Assembly: GCF_030704825.1 (NCBI RefSeq)
Contig: NZ_JAUYNX010000015.1
Coordinates: forward strand, 14,687-78,686
From: Brevundimonas sp.
Lineage (GTDB): Bacteria > Pseudomonadota > Alphaproteobacteria > Caulobacterales > Caulobacteraceae
Direction: 5' to 3'
Length of the DNA stretch: 64,000 nt
Shown: in pieces, positions 27,806 to 37,577 of the stretch
How positions within the stretch are numbered: the stretch's first letter is position 1
Layout of the letters: each line of letters opens with the position of its first letter
The notes under the pieces: generated by a model
The model's input: the letters and a program-made list of their open reading frames with translations, nothing else
Databases searched by the model: none
What the model was told of the DNA's origin: nothing
Program-made: the position numbers and the translations under genes

Positions 27806-30225
27806 AATTCACCCTGTCCTGGCTGAAGGAGCATCTCGACACCTCGGCGGAAATCGCGGACGTGGCCGGAGCCATGACCATGGCCGGGCTGGAGGTCGAG
27901 GAGGTCCACGACCCCATCGCCAGCCTGGCGCCCTTCACCGTGGCCCGGATCGTCTCGGCCGAGCAGCATCCCAACGCCGACCGGCTGCGGGTCTGCCAGG
28001 TCGACACGGTGGACGGGCCGAAGGAGATCGTCTGCGGCGCGCCCAACGCCCGCGCGGGCCTGACCACCATCTATGCTCCCATCGGCGCCTTCGTGCCCGG
28101 GCTCGGCGTGACCCTGGTCGAGAAGCCGGTGCGCGGCGTGGTCTCGCACGGCATGCTGTGCTCGGCCTCGGAACTGGAGCTGGCCGGCGACAGCGACGGC
28201 ATCCTCGAACTGGCCGACGACCTGACGGTCGGGACGCCTGCCGCCGGCGTCTTCGGCGCCGAGCCGGTGATCGATTTCGAGGTCACGCCGAACCGGCCCG
28301 ACTGGCTGGGCGTGGCGGGCATCGCCCGCGACCTGGCGGCGGCGAGCCTGGGCCAGCTGAAGACGCCGTCGGTCCTGCCGGTCCCGGGAGCGTACCCCTG
28401 CCCGATCTCGGTCCGGATCGAGGCGCCGGAGATGTGTCCCGTGTTCGCCGGCCGGCTGATCCGGGGCGTCAGGAACGGCCCCTCTCCGGAGTGGCTGCAG
28501 CGGCGGCTGACGGCCATCGGCCTGCGCTCGATCAGCCGGCTGGTCGATGTGACCAATCTGATCGCCTACGACCGCTGCCGGCCTGCCCACGTCTACGACG
28601 CGGCCAAGCTGGTCGGGAGCGAGATCGTGGTGCGCGGCGGGCAGGTCGCCCGGGACACCCCGAACCACGAGGGAGGCGAGCACGAGCATCTGATCGCCCT
28701 CGACGGCAAGACCTACACCATCGATCCGGCCATCTGCGTCATCGCCGATGCGAGCGGCGAGCGACCGATCGGCCTGGGCGGCGTCATGGGCGGCGAGAGC
28801 ACCGGCTGCTCGGACGAGACCACGGACGTCTTCCTCGAATGCGCCTGGTTTGATCCGCTGGTCACGGCCCAGACGGGCCGGACCCTGTCGCTGAATTCCG
28901 ACGCCCAGTACCGGTTCGCGCGCGGCGTCGATCCGGCCTTCGTCGTGCCCGGCCTCGAGCTGGCGACCCGGCTGATCCTCGACCTGTGCGGCGGCGAACC
29001 GTCCGAGGTCGTGGCAGCCGGGCAGGCGCCCGCCAGTCCCGCGCCCTTCGCCTTCGACCCGGCCCGCGTGGCCTCGCTCACCGGCCTGTCGCTGGACGAC
29101 GACCGGATCGCCGAGATCCTCACCCGGCTCGGCTTCGAGGTCGCGCGTGGAACACCGTGGACCGTGACCCCGCCGTCGTGGCGCGGCGACGTCGAAGGAC
29201 CCGCCGACCTGGTCGAGGAGGTGGCGCGGATCGAGGGCTACGGCGCCCTGCCCTCCACCCCCCTGCCTCATCTCGGCGCGCCGTCGCGGGGCGTGCTCAA
29301 CCCGCGTCAGGCGCGGGTGCGGCTGGGCCGGCGGGCGCTGGCGGCCATGGGCTACGCCGAGGCGGTCACCTGGTCCTTCACCAAACAGTCGACGGCGGCC
29401 CTGTTCGGCGGCGGCGACGACCGGTTGCTGGTCGAAAACCCGATCGCGGCCGATCTGGACTGCATGCGGCCCTCGGCCCTGCCCAATCTGATCGAGGCGG
29501 CGGCGCGCAACGCCGCCCGCGGCCACGCCGACGCCGCCCTGTTCGAGATCGGCCCGATCTATCTGGACGACACCCCGACCGGCCAGCGCACCGTGATCTC
29601 CGGCCTGGTCGCGCCGAGCGCCGCCCGCCACTGGGGCGCCGCCCCAGAGGACGCCCTGTTTGGTCTCAAGGGCGACCTGATGGCCCTGCTGGAGGCGCTG
29701 GGCGCGCCCGTCGCCTCGCTGCAACTGGCGCAGGGCCAGAACCGCGACTGGTGGCATCCCGGACGGTCCGCGCGCCTGCAACTGGGCCCGAAGAACGTCA
29801 TGGTCGAGTTCGGCGCCCTGCACCCGCGCGTGCTCAAGGCGCTGGACGCCGACGGCCCGATGCTGGGTTTCGAGATCGTGCTCGACGCGGTCCCCGAGCC
29901 GCGCGGCGCGAAGTCCAAAACGCGGGGGCCGGCTCATCTGGCCAACCTCATGCCCCTGACCCGCGACTTCGCCTTCGTGGTCGAGGACAGCAAGGCCGCG
30001 GGCGACCTGGTCCGCGCCGTCGCCGGCGCCGACAAGGCGCTGATCGCCGGGGTGTCGGTGTTCGACGTCTATCGCGGCGCGGGCATACCCGAAGGGATGA
30101 AGTCGGTGGCGCTGGAGGTGGTCATCCAGCCGCGCGAAGCGACCCTGACCGAGGCGGAGATCGAGGCCCTGTCGGCGAAGGTCGTCGCGGCGGCTGGCAA
30201 GACCGGGGCCGTTCTGCGCGGCTGA
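27802..30225 (+). CDS. pheT: Phenylalanyl-tRNA synthetase beta subunit
   Basis: [50 protein letters not shown] domain. Confidence 0.97.
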   Translation: MKFTLSWLKEHLDTSAEIADVAGAMTMAGLEVEEVHDPIASLAPFTVARIVSAEQHPNADRLRVCQVDTVDGPKEIVCGAPNARAGLTTIYAPIGAFVPGLGVTLVEKPVRGVVSHGMLCSASELELAGDSDGILELADDLTVGTPAAGVFGAEPVIDFEVTPNRPDWLGVAGIARDLAAASLGQLKTPSVLPVPGAYPCPISVRIEAPEMCPVFAGRLIRGVRNGPSPEWLQRRLTAIGLRSISRLVDVTNLIAYDRCRPAHVYDAAKLVGSEIVVRGGQVARDTPNHEGGEHEHLIALDGKTYTIDPAICVIADASGERPIGLGGVMGGESTGCSDETTDVFLECAWFDPLVTAQTGRTLSLNSDAQYRFARGVDPAFVVPGLELATRLILDLCGGEPSEVVAAGQAPASPAPFAFDPARVASLTGLSLDDDRIAEILTRLGFEVARGTPWTVTPPSWRGDVEGPADLVEEVARIEGYGALPSTPLPHLGAPSRGVLNPRQARVRLGRRALAAMGYAEAVTWSFTKQSTAALFGGGDDRLLVENPIAADLDCMRPSALPNLIEAAARNAARGHADAALFEIGPIYLDDTPTGQRTVISGLVAPSAARHWGAAPEDALFGLKGDLMALLEALGAPVASLQLAQGQNRDWWHPGRSARLQLGPKNVMVEFGALHPRVLKALDADGPMLGFEIVLDAVPEPRGAKSKTRGPAHLANLMPLTRDFAFVVEDSKAAGDLVRAVAGADKALIAGVSVFDVYRGAGIPEGMKSVALEVVIQPREATLTEAEIEALSAKVVAAAGKTGAVLRG

Positions 30226-30308
30226 GGCCGGGGGCGGCGACGGGCGGTCGACCCGGCGAGGGAACCGGCTTCGCGCGGTCGCATTTGCGGACGGGAAGGA
30301 CGCCGCCG

Positions 30309-30575
30309 ATGAAACCGGACCGGATCGCCGGGCTGCTCGCCGCGGGCCTTGCGCTCGTGGCCTGTTCCCCGGAAAAGCCCTCGCGGGTCCCGTCGCCCGA
30401 CACGCCCGGCGCGACGGTCGACGTGGCCGGAGATGCTTCGACCGGGTCAGATGTTCCAGCGCCGGAAGAGTCCCGGCCCGGGCGACCCGGGGCCAGGCTG
30501 GAACGGGTCGCCCCCGACCCGCAAGCGGGCGTCGAGCTGCCGGAGCCGCCGGTGCGGGTTCCCGAAAACCCCTGA
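30309..30575 (+). CDS. Small Pro-rich lipoprotein
   Basis: GAAGGA SD, ATG 30309, MKPDRIAGLLAAGLALVAC lipobox. Confidence 0.55.
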   Translation: MKPDRIAGLLAAGLALVACSPEKPSRVPSPDTPGATVDVAGDASTGSDVPAPEESRPGRPGARLERVAPDPQAGVELPEPPVRVPENP

Positions 30576-30615
30576 CGGCCGTCGATCGCCCGGGAGGGCG
30601 AACCCCCGGCGGCTA

Positions 30616-30990
30616 TCAGGCGGCTTTTGCCTTGGCGCGCAGGGACAGGCAGTAGCCAAGCGTCACCGCCATTCCCGCCAGCACCGCGCCGCATCCTCCG
30701 ATCAGCGCGACCGAGGTCGGGGCGAACGCCCACAGCCCGGCATAGACAAGCCCGCTCAGGGCCATGGACCAGCCTCCGACCCGCGCGGCCTGACGGGCGT
30801 AGGCGTTGGGGGCGAAGGCCTTGGGCATCCGGTTGCCGTACCAGGCGACCATGAGGCCGGTCGCGCCCAGGACGATCCGGGTGGTCGTCTCGGAGTCTAT
30901 ATAGCCCTGCTGCCGTGCGAAACTGGCGCCGAGCCCCAAGGCGACGAGGCCGCCGGCCCAGGCGAGGCTTCCGATCAGATCCTTGTTCAT
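30616..30990 (-). CDS. SdpI-like small membrane protein
   Basis: Four hydrophobic helices with YGNRMPK...PN segment; translationally coupled to the upstream ArsR gene (ATGA). Confidence 0.6.
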   Translation of the reverse strand: MNKDLIGSLAWAGGLVALGLGASFARQQGYIDSETTTRIVLGATGLMVAWYGNRMPKAFAPNAYARQAARVGGWSMALSGLVYAGLWAFAPTSVALIGGCGAVLAGMAVTLGYCLSLRAKAKAA

Positions 30991-31283
30991 TGCGCAGTCT
31001 CCTTTTTTGGCCCCGGCGTCTCCGCGGCGGGCGTGAACGAATCGACGAAGCCGAGCAGCGCTTCCTCGAGCACTGAAAGCTTCAGGTGATAGATGACGGA
31101 CTTGCCGGCCTTTTCGGCGTGCACCAGGTCGGCTTCCTTCAGCACCGCGAAATGCGCCGACATCGTCGGCCTGGAGACGTCGAACCGGTCGCTGAGTTCC
31201 CCCGCGCTCATCGGCCCGTTCTGCAGCAGCTGCAGCACCCGGCGGCGGGTCGGATCGGAAAGGGCCTTGAAAACCTGACTCAT
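30987..31283 (-). CDS. ArsR/SmtB family autorepressor, SdpR-like
   Basis: VFKALSDPTRRRVLQLL...MSAGEL...SRPTMSAHFAVLKEADLV...GKSVIY; no Cys metal ligands. Confidence 0.85.
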   Translation of the reverse strand: MSQVFKALSDPTRRRVLQLLQNGPMSAGELSDRFDVSRPTMSAHFAVLKEADLVHAEKAGKSVIYHLKLSVLEEALLGFVDSFTPAAETPGPKKETAQ

Positions 31284-31290
31284 GATGTGA

Positions 31291-31318
31291 CGTTTAGCTA
31301 ATCGTCGAAATGAGTCAA
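31291..31318 (-). promoter_or_regulatory. Sigma70-type promoter with overlapping palindromic operator (SdpR-like gene)
   Basis: Minus strand TTGACT-N14-GCTAAAC, 8 nt before ATG; near-palindrome cgtttagctaatcg (31291-31304) covers the -10. Confidence 0.55.
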
Positions 31319-31453
31319 GAGCCTCCATCCCCGATCACGCCCGGCAACCCCTCGTTAACCTCGCCGCCGCAAGGCTGACTCAAAGACCGGCGACGGTGAA
31401 ACCCAGCGCCCGCGCGAGTCGGGCGGCCCGTCCCGCCTATCGGAGCCATCGTC

Positions 31454-32068
31454 ATGCACCGCCGCCAACTGATCCTCTCCGGCCTCGCCGCCACCGCCGG
31501 CGTCTCGGGCCTGTCTGCCTGCGCCACCGGCGGCCAGGCGACCGATCCCGCCTATCCGATCGCTTCCGACCAGCAGGCCCAGGCCTATACCGCCGACGAA
31601 CTGATCGCCGCCGGCTCGCGCGAGCTGGGCATCGCCGCCGAGGCCATCGGCGCGGCCATCGAGCGCATCTTCGCCGAACAGGGCGACCGCCCGACCGCCT
31701 ACATCGCCGGCGAGGAGGCCTCCGGAGCCGCCGCCGTGGGCCTGCGCTATGGCCGCGGCGCCCTGCACATGAAGGACCTGTCGGCCTCGCAGGAGGTGTT
31801 CTGGCAGGGCATTTCCATCGGCTGGGACGTCGGCGGCAACGCCAGCCGGGTCTTCACCCTGGTGTACGGCCTGTTCCACCCGGACATGCTCTACCGCCGC
31901 TATCCCGGCGTGGAAGGCTCGGCCTATCTGGTCGGCGGCCTGGGCGTGAACTACCAGCGCGCCGACGGCATCGTCCTGGCCCCGATCCGCACCGGCGTCG
32001 GCCTGCGCCTCGGCGCCAACGTCGGCACCATGGCCTACAGCCGCCAGCGCAACCTGCTGCCGTTCTAG
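31454..32068 (+). CDS. eipA: DUF1134 envelope integrity protein (EipA), Tat lipoprotein
   Basis: HRRQLIL...LSAC; GEEASGA, FWQGISIGWDVGG, GSAYLVGG, PIRTGVGLRLGANVG. Confidence 0.8.
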   Translation: MHRRQLILSGLAATAGVSGLSACATGGQATDPAYPIASDQQAQAYTADELIAAGSRELGIAAEAIGAAIERIFAEQGDRPTAYIAGEEASGAAAVGLRYGRGALHMKDLSASQEVFWQGISIGWDVGGNASRVFTLVYGLFHPDMLYRRYPGVEGSAYLVGGLGVNYQRADGIVLAPIRTGVGLRLGANVGTMAYSRQRNLLPF

Positions 32069-32074
32069 CCTCTT

Positions 32075-32210
32075 CGTCATCCTCGGGCTTGACCCCGGAG
32101 GATCAGACCGTCCGGTGCTCGGTGACAGGGCACGACCGCGCTCGCCGGGCCGTCTCACACGCACAGCCCGCTCCCACGTCTGATCCTCGGGTCAAGCCCG
32201 AGGATGACGG
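32075..32210. repeat. CGTC-type REP dimer (REPIN/MITE-like), copy 2, inverted relative to copy 1
   Basis: Arms cgtcatcctcgggcttgaccccggaggatc and gatcctcgggtcaagcccgaggatgacgg; reverse-complemented spacer aligns with the copy 1 spacer. Confidence 0.85.
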
Positions 32211-32220
32211 CGGGGAGGAG

Positions 32221-32589
32221 TCAACCCGACGGGTTCTGCACCAGCCGCAGCAGCGTCCCGTCCGGGTCTAACAGGTAGCCGATCCGCAGGCCCGAATGCT
32301 CCAGCGCCGGGGCTTGGAGCCGGGGAGAGCCGCCGGACCGCTCGGGCACGCCAGCCGCCTTGCAGACGGCATGGAAGGCGTCGACGTCGTCCAGCCGGAG
32401 GCAGGCGCTGAAGGAGCTCGTCGCCGGATCGAGGTCCGGATACGGGAAGAATTCCAGCTTCACCCCGCCGCGCATCAGGATCATCCAGCCGCCGTCGCGC
32501 CAGCCCTGTTCGAAGCCGAGCTTGCCGTAGAAGCGCGCGGTCTGTTCGAAGTCCCGCGAGGGCAGGTTCGGGGTGGCGTGGTCGGTCAT
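32221..32589 (-). CDS. Bleomycin-resistance/VOC family protein
   Basis: ATPNLPSRDF...FY..LGF...DGGWMIL.RG...LEFF, SACLRLDD, DPDGTLLRL. Confidence 0.85.
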   Translation of the reverse strand: MTDHATPNLPSRDFEQTARFYGKLGFEQGWRDGGWMILMRGGVKLEFFPYPDLDPATSSFSACLRLDDVDAFHAVCKAAGVPERSGGSPRLQAPALEHSGLRIGYLLDPDGTLLRLVQNPSG

Positions 32590-32783
32590 CGGCTGGCTCC
32601 TTCCGCTGCGAATCTAGCACGCCGGACCGTCGGCGAGAGGGGTCGGAGGCGGGGCGTTTCCGGACATCGGCGGGCGTCTGTCCGGCATCTGCGGCGGCCA
32701 AACGGACCTTGTCCCGCATGTCGGCCTTGTCGCGGGGCCGATGTCGACGACGTCCTGGCCGAAATGTATCGAGCCGAGGTCGC

Positions 32784-33662
32784 CTATGTACTGGCGTCGC
32801 CGATCATCGCCTCCAGCCCCTCGCGCCAGGTCGGATAGAGCGGCCGCCAGCCCAGCTCGGCCTTGGCGCGGGCGTTCGAGAGCCGCTTGGAGTCGAGATA
32901 GAAGCGCCGCATCGCGTCGGACACCGAGGGATCGTCGAGGTCGACCTCGGGCGGGAGCGGGAGGCCGAGGCGGCGCGCGGCCGATTCCATGACCACGTCC
33001 GCCGGGGCCGGCTCGTCGTCGCACAGGATGTAGGCCGCGCCGGGCCGGGGGCGGGCCATGGAGGCGAACAGGCCGGAGACGGCGTCATCGACGTGAACGC
33101 GGTTGAACACCTGGCCCGGCTTGCGCACCAGCCGCGCCGTGCCGTCGCGCAGCCGGTCCAGGGGCGAGCGGCCGGGTCCATAGAGGCCAGGCAGGCGGAA
33201 GATCTGCACGGTCAGCCCCATGCCCTGTCCGGCGTCGAGCCAGTCGCGCTCGGCCCGGACCCGCCGCGCGCCTTCCAGACTGGCGGCGTTCAGCTCGCTG
33301 TCCTCAAAGGCCCAGCCGCCGGCGCGGTCGCCATAGACGGCCGTGGACGAGACGTAGCCGATCCAGTCGGGCCAGGACCCGGACGCCGTGATCGCGGGCA
33401 GCAACGCCCTGACTCCCGGACAGCCGGTCGCTTCCGGCGGCGCGGTGACCAGGATGGCGGAGGCGTCGGCGACCGCCGCGGCCAGCGCCGCCGCGTCGGC
33501 CGGATCGACGGTCGTGAATCCCTCCGCGTCCAGGGCCGCGCGGCGTCCGGGGTCGCGGCTAGTCAGGACGGCGCGTCCGCCCCGGCGAACGGCCTCGCGG
33601 GCCGCCGCCCGGCCCAGCCAGCCGCCGCCGAAGACCAGCAGGGATGCGGACGCGTCCGGCAT
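32784..33662 (-). CDS. Atypical SDR / NAD-dependent epimerase-dehydratase family protein
   Basis: GGGWLG, YVSSTAVYGD, RLPGLYGPGR, FNRVHVDD, KRLSN, YPTWREGL. Confidence 0.85.
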   Translation of the reverse strand: MPDASASLLVFGGGWLGRAAAREAVRRGGRAVLTSRDPGRRAALDAEGFTTVDPADAAALAAAVADASAILVTAPPEATGCPGVRALLPAITASGSWPDWIGYVSSTAVYGDRAGGWAFEDSELNAASLEGARRVRAERDWLDAGQGMGLTVQIFRLPGLYGPGRSPLDRLRDGTARLVRKPGQVFNRVHVDDAVSGLFASMARPRPGAAYILCDDEPAPADVVMESAARRLGLPLPPEVDLDDPSVSDAMRRFYLDSKRLSNARAKAELGWRPLYPTWREGLEAMIGDAST

Positions 33663-33671
33663 GGCCGGGAC

Positions 33672-34907
33672 TCAGGCCGACCGGGCGTGAACCGGGGCCT
33701 TGGGCGGAGCGGTCAGGGTCGGCTCGGTCTGCACCGCCTGCGCCCGCTTGCTGTTCCACGTCGAGACGCAGGGCACCTTGGACAGATCGGCGCGGCCGGC
33801 GTGGCGGCGGGCGATGTCGGTGACCTCGTCCAGAAGCCCCTGGGCCAGGGTGATCGGCTTCAGGCCGAGGTCGCGGAACTGGTCGTTGGCCACGACCAGT
33901 TCATTCTCGTCGGCTTCCTGGCGCGGATTCGGGACGTTGTGCACCTCGGCGCCCGTCATGTCGGAGATCATCGCGGCCAGGTCGCGGACCCGCCGGCTCT
34001 CGGTCATCTGGTTCAGGATCTTGACCCGCTCGCCCGACTTGGGGGGATGGGCCAGGGCCAGCTCGACGCAGCGCACCGTATCCTGCAGATGGATGAAGGC
34101 CCGCGTCTGGCCGCCGGTGCCGTGAACGGTCAGCGGATAGCCGACCGCCGCCTGCATCAGGAAGCGGTTCAGCACCGTGCCGTAGTCGCCGTCGTAGTCG
34201 AACCGGTTGATCAGCCGCTCGTCCCGGCGCGTCTCCTCGGTCTGGGTGCCCCAGACGATGCCCTGGTGCAGGTCGGTGATCCGCAGCCCGTCGTTCCGGG
34301 CGTAGAACTGGAACAGCAGGGCGTCCTGGGTCTTGGTCATGTGATAGATCGAGCCGGGGTTCGGCGGGAACAGGATCTCCTGCTCGGCCGGGCCGAAGTC
34401 GGTGTCGACCGTGACCTTCAGATAACCCTCGGGGATGCGCAGCCCGGCGGTGGTGTAGCCATAGACGCCCATGGTCCCCAGGTGGGTCAGGTGCACGTCC
34501 AGCCCGCTCTCGACGATGGCCGCCAGCAGGTGGTTGGTGGCGTTCAGGTTGTTGTCGACCGTGTACAATTTGTGCCGCGCCGACTTCATCGAATAGGGGG
34601 CGGCGCGCTGTTCGGCGAAATGAACGACGCTGTCGGGCTTCCAGTCGCGGATCAGGGCGACGAGACGATCGAACTCCTTGCCCACGGTCATATTGACGAA
34701 GTCCAGGGTCTGGCCGCTGATCTCCTTCCACGCGGCGATACGCTCGCCCATGGTGCGGATCGGGGTCAGGGACTGGACTTCCAGCTCGTTGTCGATGTTG
34801 CGGCGGCTCAGGTTGTCGACGACGCAGACGTCCCAGCCACGCGCGGACAGGTGCAAGGCCGTGGGCCAGCCGCAGAAGCCATCGCCGCCCAGAACAAGAA
34901 CCCGCAT
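33672..34907 (-). CDS. sqdB: UDP-sulfoquinovose synthase
   Basis: VLGGDGFCGWP, HFAEQRAAPYSM, HLGTMGVYG, YHMTK, DLHQGIVWG, RFDYDGDYGTVLNRF. Confidence 0.92.
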   Translation of the reverse strand: MRVLVLGGDGFCGWPTALHLSARGWDVCVVDNLSRRNIDNELEVQSLTPIRTMGERIAAWKEISGQTLDFVNMTVGKEFDRLVALIRDWKPDSVVHFAEQRAAPYSMKSARHKLYTVDNNLNATNHLLAAIVESGLDVHLTHLGTMGVYGYTTAGLRIPEGYLKVTVDTDFGPAEQEILFPPNPGSIYHMTKTQDALLFQFYARNDGLRITDLHQGIVWGTQTEETRRDERLINRFDYDGDYGTVLNRFLMQAAVGYPLTVHGTGGQTRAFIHLQDTVRCVELALAHPPKSGERVKILNQMTESRRVRDLAAMISDMTGAEVHNVPNPRQEADENELVVANDQFRDLGLKPITLAQGLLDEVTDIARRHAGRADLSKVPCVSTWNSKRAQAVQTEPTLTAPPKAPVHARSA

Positions 34908-35001
34908 TCGACCATCCCTCGTGATTTCCCCGACCTTGCGTAGCGGATGGCGACGCGGGGTCAAAGCCTGACCTTGTAACGCGCCAATGGGCCCGTCGGG
35001 C

Positions 35002-35541
35002 TCAGCCGCGCGTGCGCGCCCGCCAGTCCTCGCGGCTCTGGCCCCAGCGGTCGATGGTCAGCTCGTGGAACGGCGGCGGCAGCCGCGTCGGGCCCAGGTT
35101 GCGCGAGCCGACCCGCCCGGCCAGCCGTTGCGACGGGACGTTGTCCGGATCGATGCAGTGGATGACCTCGGTCCAGCCCAGTACGTCGAAGGCGTAGTCG
35201 ATCGCCGCCGTCGCCGCCTCGACGCCATAACCCTTGCCCTGGGCGTCGGGATGAAGACCCCAGCCCACCTCCGTCCCCGGCCAGCCCTCGGGCCGCCACG
35301 GCCCGATCCGGCCCAGCCACAGGCCGGTGTCGCGCTCGACCAGCGAGAACATGGAGATTCCGGTCAGGCTCCAGGCCCCGGCCATGGTCATGAAGCCCCG
35401 CCAGGCCACGGCGGCCGGCTGGGCGCCGCCGAGGAATTTCGCCGCCTCGGGGTCGGCCATCATCCCGGCCCAGCGCGGGAAATCCTCCAGGGCGATGGGC
35501 CGCAGGATCAGGCGTTCGGTCTCCAGCACCGGTCCGGTCAA
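35002..35541 (-). CDS. GNAT (RimJ/RimL-type) N-acetyltransferase
   Basis: TTG 35541 overlapping the thpR stop; LETERLILRP, EVGW...GKGYGVEAA, IDPDN..S. Confidence 0.8.
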   Translation of the reverse strand: MTGPVLETERLILRPIALEDFPRWAGMMADPEAAKFLGGAQPAAVAWRGFMTMAGAWSLTGISMFSLVERDTGLWLGRIGPWRPEGWPGTEVGWGLHPDAQGKGYGVEAATAAIDYAFDVLGWTEVIHCIDPDNVPSQRLAGRVGSRNLGPTRLPPPFHELTIDRWGQSREDWRARTRG

Positions 35542-36077
35542 AGGATGTACTCCCGTTCGAGTTCGTAGTGGCTGCCGTCGTGGGTCAGGACGCTGGAGTA
35601 CAGGCCGAAGCGGTCGACGCGGATCGGCGGCGAACGCAGCAGGTTGTGGCCGGCGATCCAGGCTCCGATCCGGTCCGGATTGGCGTGAGGCTTCAGATAG
35701 GCCAGCGTCAGATGGGGCCGATAGTCGCGGCGTTCGAGGACGACGGCGGCGCGCTCGGCCGCCGAGCGGCATCGTCCGGCCAGTACCGACAGGCGTTCGT
35801 TCGGCTCAACTCCCGCCCAGAGCGCCTGGGTGCGATGGCCCTCGCCGAAGGCCCCGACGCCGGCAAGGGCGATCTCGAACGGCCCGCCCGTCGCGGCCCG
35901 CTCCAGTTCGACCGCCAGATCGTCGGCGCGACGCGCCTCGACCTCGCCGTAGAAGGCCAAGGTGATGTGCAACTGCTCGGCGCCGCGCCATTTCGCGCCG
36001 GGCAGGCCGGTTTGACGGCGGGCGAGCGTCTCGGCCACATCGTCGGGAACGGACAGGGCGGTGAACAGCCGGATCAT
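35538..36077 (-). CDS. thpR: RNA 2',3'-cyclic phosphodiesterase (2H family)
   Basis: MIRLFTAL, two HxT motifs (LHITL, PHLTL), LYSS...GSHY. Confidence 0.9.
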   Translation of the reverse strand: MIRLFTALSVPDDVAETLARRQTGLPGAKWRGAEQLHITLAFYGEVEARRADDLAVELERAATGGPFEIALAGVGAFGEGHRTQALWAGVEPNERLSVLAGRCRSAAERAAVVLERRDYRPHLTLAYLKPHANPDRIGAWIAGHNLLRSPPIRVDRFGLYSSVLTHDGSHYELEREYIL

Positions 36078-36124
36078 GCGACCCTTGGTAGCGGTTGGAA
36101 ACCCGACGCCCAAGTCCGGTTTTC

Positions 36125-36153
36125 CTTGCGGAACGGGCGGACGCCCCCGATAT
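36125..36153 (+). promoter_or_regulatory. Possible RpoH-type promoter of the BI-1/YccA gene
   Basis: CTTGCG-N16-CCGATAT about 50 nt upstream of the ATG. Confidence 0.4.
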
Positions 36154-36201
36154 TTGCGCAAAGGCCGGGATCGCCCGGCCCAACGGAGGACCGATCTCGC
36201 C

Positions 36202-36957
36202 ATGAGCGATTTCAGAAACAGCCATTCCATCCCCGCCACCGCCGACATGTCGGTGGACGCGGGCCTGCGCAGCTTCATGCTGGGCGTCTACAACAAGGTC
36301 GCCCTGGGTCTGCTGGTCTCGGCGGCCCTGGCCTGGGTGACCGGATCCTATCCCCCGGTGCGGGATCTGCTGTTCTCGACCGCCGTCTTCCCCGACGGCG
36401 TGACCCGGCTGACCGGCATGACCCTGCTGGGCATGATCGTGGCCTTCTCGCCGCTGGTGGTGCTGCTGGGCTCCAACTTCGTGATGAAGAACCCGACCGC
36501 CGGGACGGCCGGCGGCCTCTACTGGCTGATCGTGGCCCTGATCGGCGCCTCGATGGGCACGGTGGTGCTGGTCTATACGGGCGCCTCGGTGATCCAGACC
36601 TTCCTGATCACCGCCGCCGCCTTCGGCGCCCTGAGCCTGTTCGGCTACACGACCAAAAAGGACCTGACCGGCTTCGGCAGCTTCCTGATCATGGGCGTGA
36701 TCGGCCTGATCATCGCCTCGGTGGTCAACATCTTCCTTCAGAACTCGATGATGCAGCTGATCATCAGCGTTCTGGGCGTGCTGATCTTCGCGGGCCTGAC
36801 GGCCTACGACACCCAGCGGCTGAAGATGACCTACTACGCCCTGGGCGGCGACCGGAACGCCATGGGCGTGGCCACCAGCTACGGCGCGCTGAGCCTGTAC
36901 ATCAACTTCATCAACATGTTCCAGTTCCTGCTGATGCTGTTCGGCGGCCGGCGCTGA
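36202..36957 (+). CDS. Bax inhibitor-1/YccA family membrane protein
   Basis: VDAGLRSFMLGVY, YGYTTKKDL-like FGYTTKKDLT, LTAYDTQRLK, GALSLYINFINMF. Confidence 0.9.
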   Translation: MSDFRNSHSIPATADMSVDAGLRSFMLGVYNKVALGLLVSAALAWVTGSYPPVRDLLFSTAVFPDGVTRLTGMTLLGMIVAFSPLVVLLGSNFVMKNPTAGTAGGLYWLIVALIGASMGTVVLVYTGASVIQTFLITAAAFGALSLFGYTTKKDLTGFGSFLIMGVIGLIIASVVNIFLQNSMMQLIISVLGVLIFAGLTAYDTQRLKMTYYALGGDRNAMGVATSYGALSLYINFINMFQFLLMLFGGRR

Positions 36958-37028
36958 TGTAACGGGTGTCGCGGGTGTTTCGCCGCCCGTGTTCTCGGCG
37001 AGAAACCTCCACAAGCGCGACAATGCAG

Positions 37029-37060
37029 GAAGGGCCCCGGTGCGAACCGGGGCCCTTCTT
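37029..37060. terminator. Bidirectional terminator
   Basis: gaagggccccggt-gcga-accggggcccttc, 13 bp perfect stem between convergent genes. Confidence 0.85.
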
Positions 37061-37392
37061 CATTCCACGATGGTGAATTTCCGGCTGTCGAAGACGCGCA
37101 GGACCTGGGCCAGATCGCGGCCCCGGCGCAGCACCAGGCCGCCCTCGCCGATCACCGCCCACTGCCCCTGCTTCAGGCGAAGGGCCGGGCGTTTTTCGAT
37201 GCGGTACAACGGCGCGTCCCCCGAGCGGCGAAACACCGCGAACTCGGCCACGTCCCTGTGCCCGACCATGGCGTAGTCGCGCCATTCCGCCGCGGCGACC
37301 ATCCGGCCGTAGACGCGAAGGATCAGATCCAGTTCGCGCCGGTCGAAGAAGACCGGGCCGGGCTGGGACTGCAAATCGGCGGCGTCGCTCAT
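37060..37392 (-). CDS. DUF2794 family protein
   Basis: VFFDRRELDLILRVYGRMVAAAEWRDYA...F.VFRR...PLYRIEKRP...LRRGRDLAQVLRVFD. Confidence 0.85.
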   Translation of the reverse strand: MSDAADLQSQPGPVFFDRRELDLILRVYGRMVAAAEWRDYAMVGHRDVAEFAVFRRSGDAPLYRIEKRPALRLKQGQWAVIGEGGLVLRRGRDLAQVLRVFDSRKFTIVE

Positions 37393-37577
37393 CAGCATCA
37401 GGTTACGCCGCCGGTCTGGAAACACCAGTCTTGCCGGGGCCGGCAAGCAGCCGGCCTGCCGAACACTGTGTCGGGAACGCCGCGATGCGAACAAATCGTA
37501 CCGAACACGAAATAGCCTCCGTTCGGCCCATCGCCCGCCCCCTTGGGGGGCGACACCCGATCCATCGGCTCGTTGGA

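Noticed and set aside
32663-32745. 9 bp inverted repeat gacatcggc/gccgatgtc around 65 nt, as a possible MITE
   Set aside because: Short, single copy, no target-site duplication.
34908-35001. Pho box upstream of sqdB
   Set aside because: No 11 bp-periodic GTCAY repeats found; only a sigma70-like promoter.
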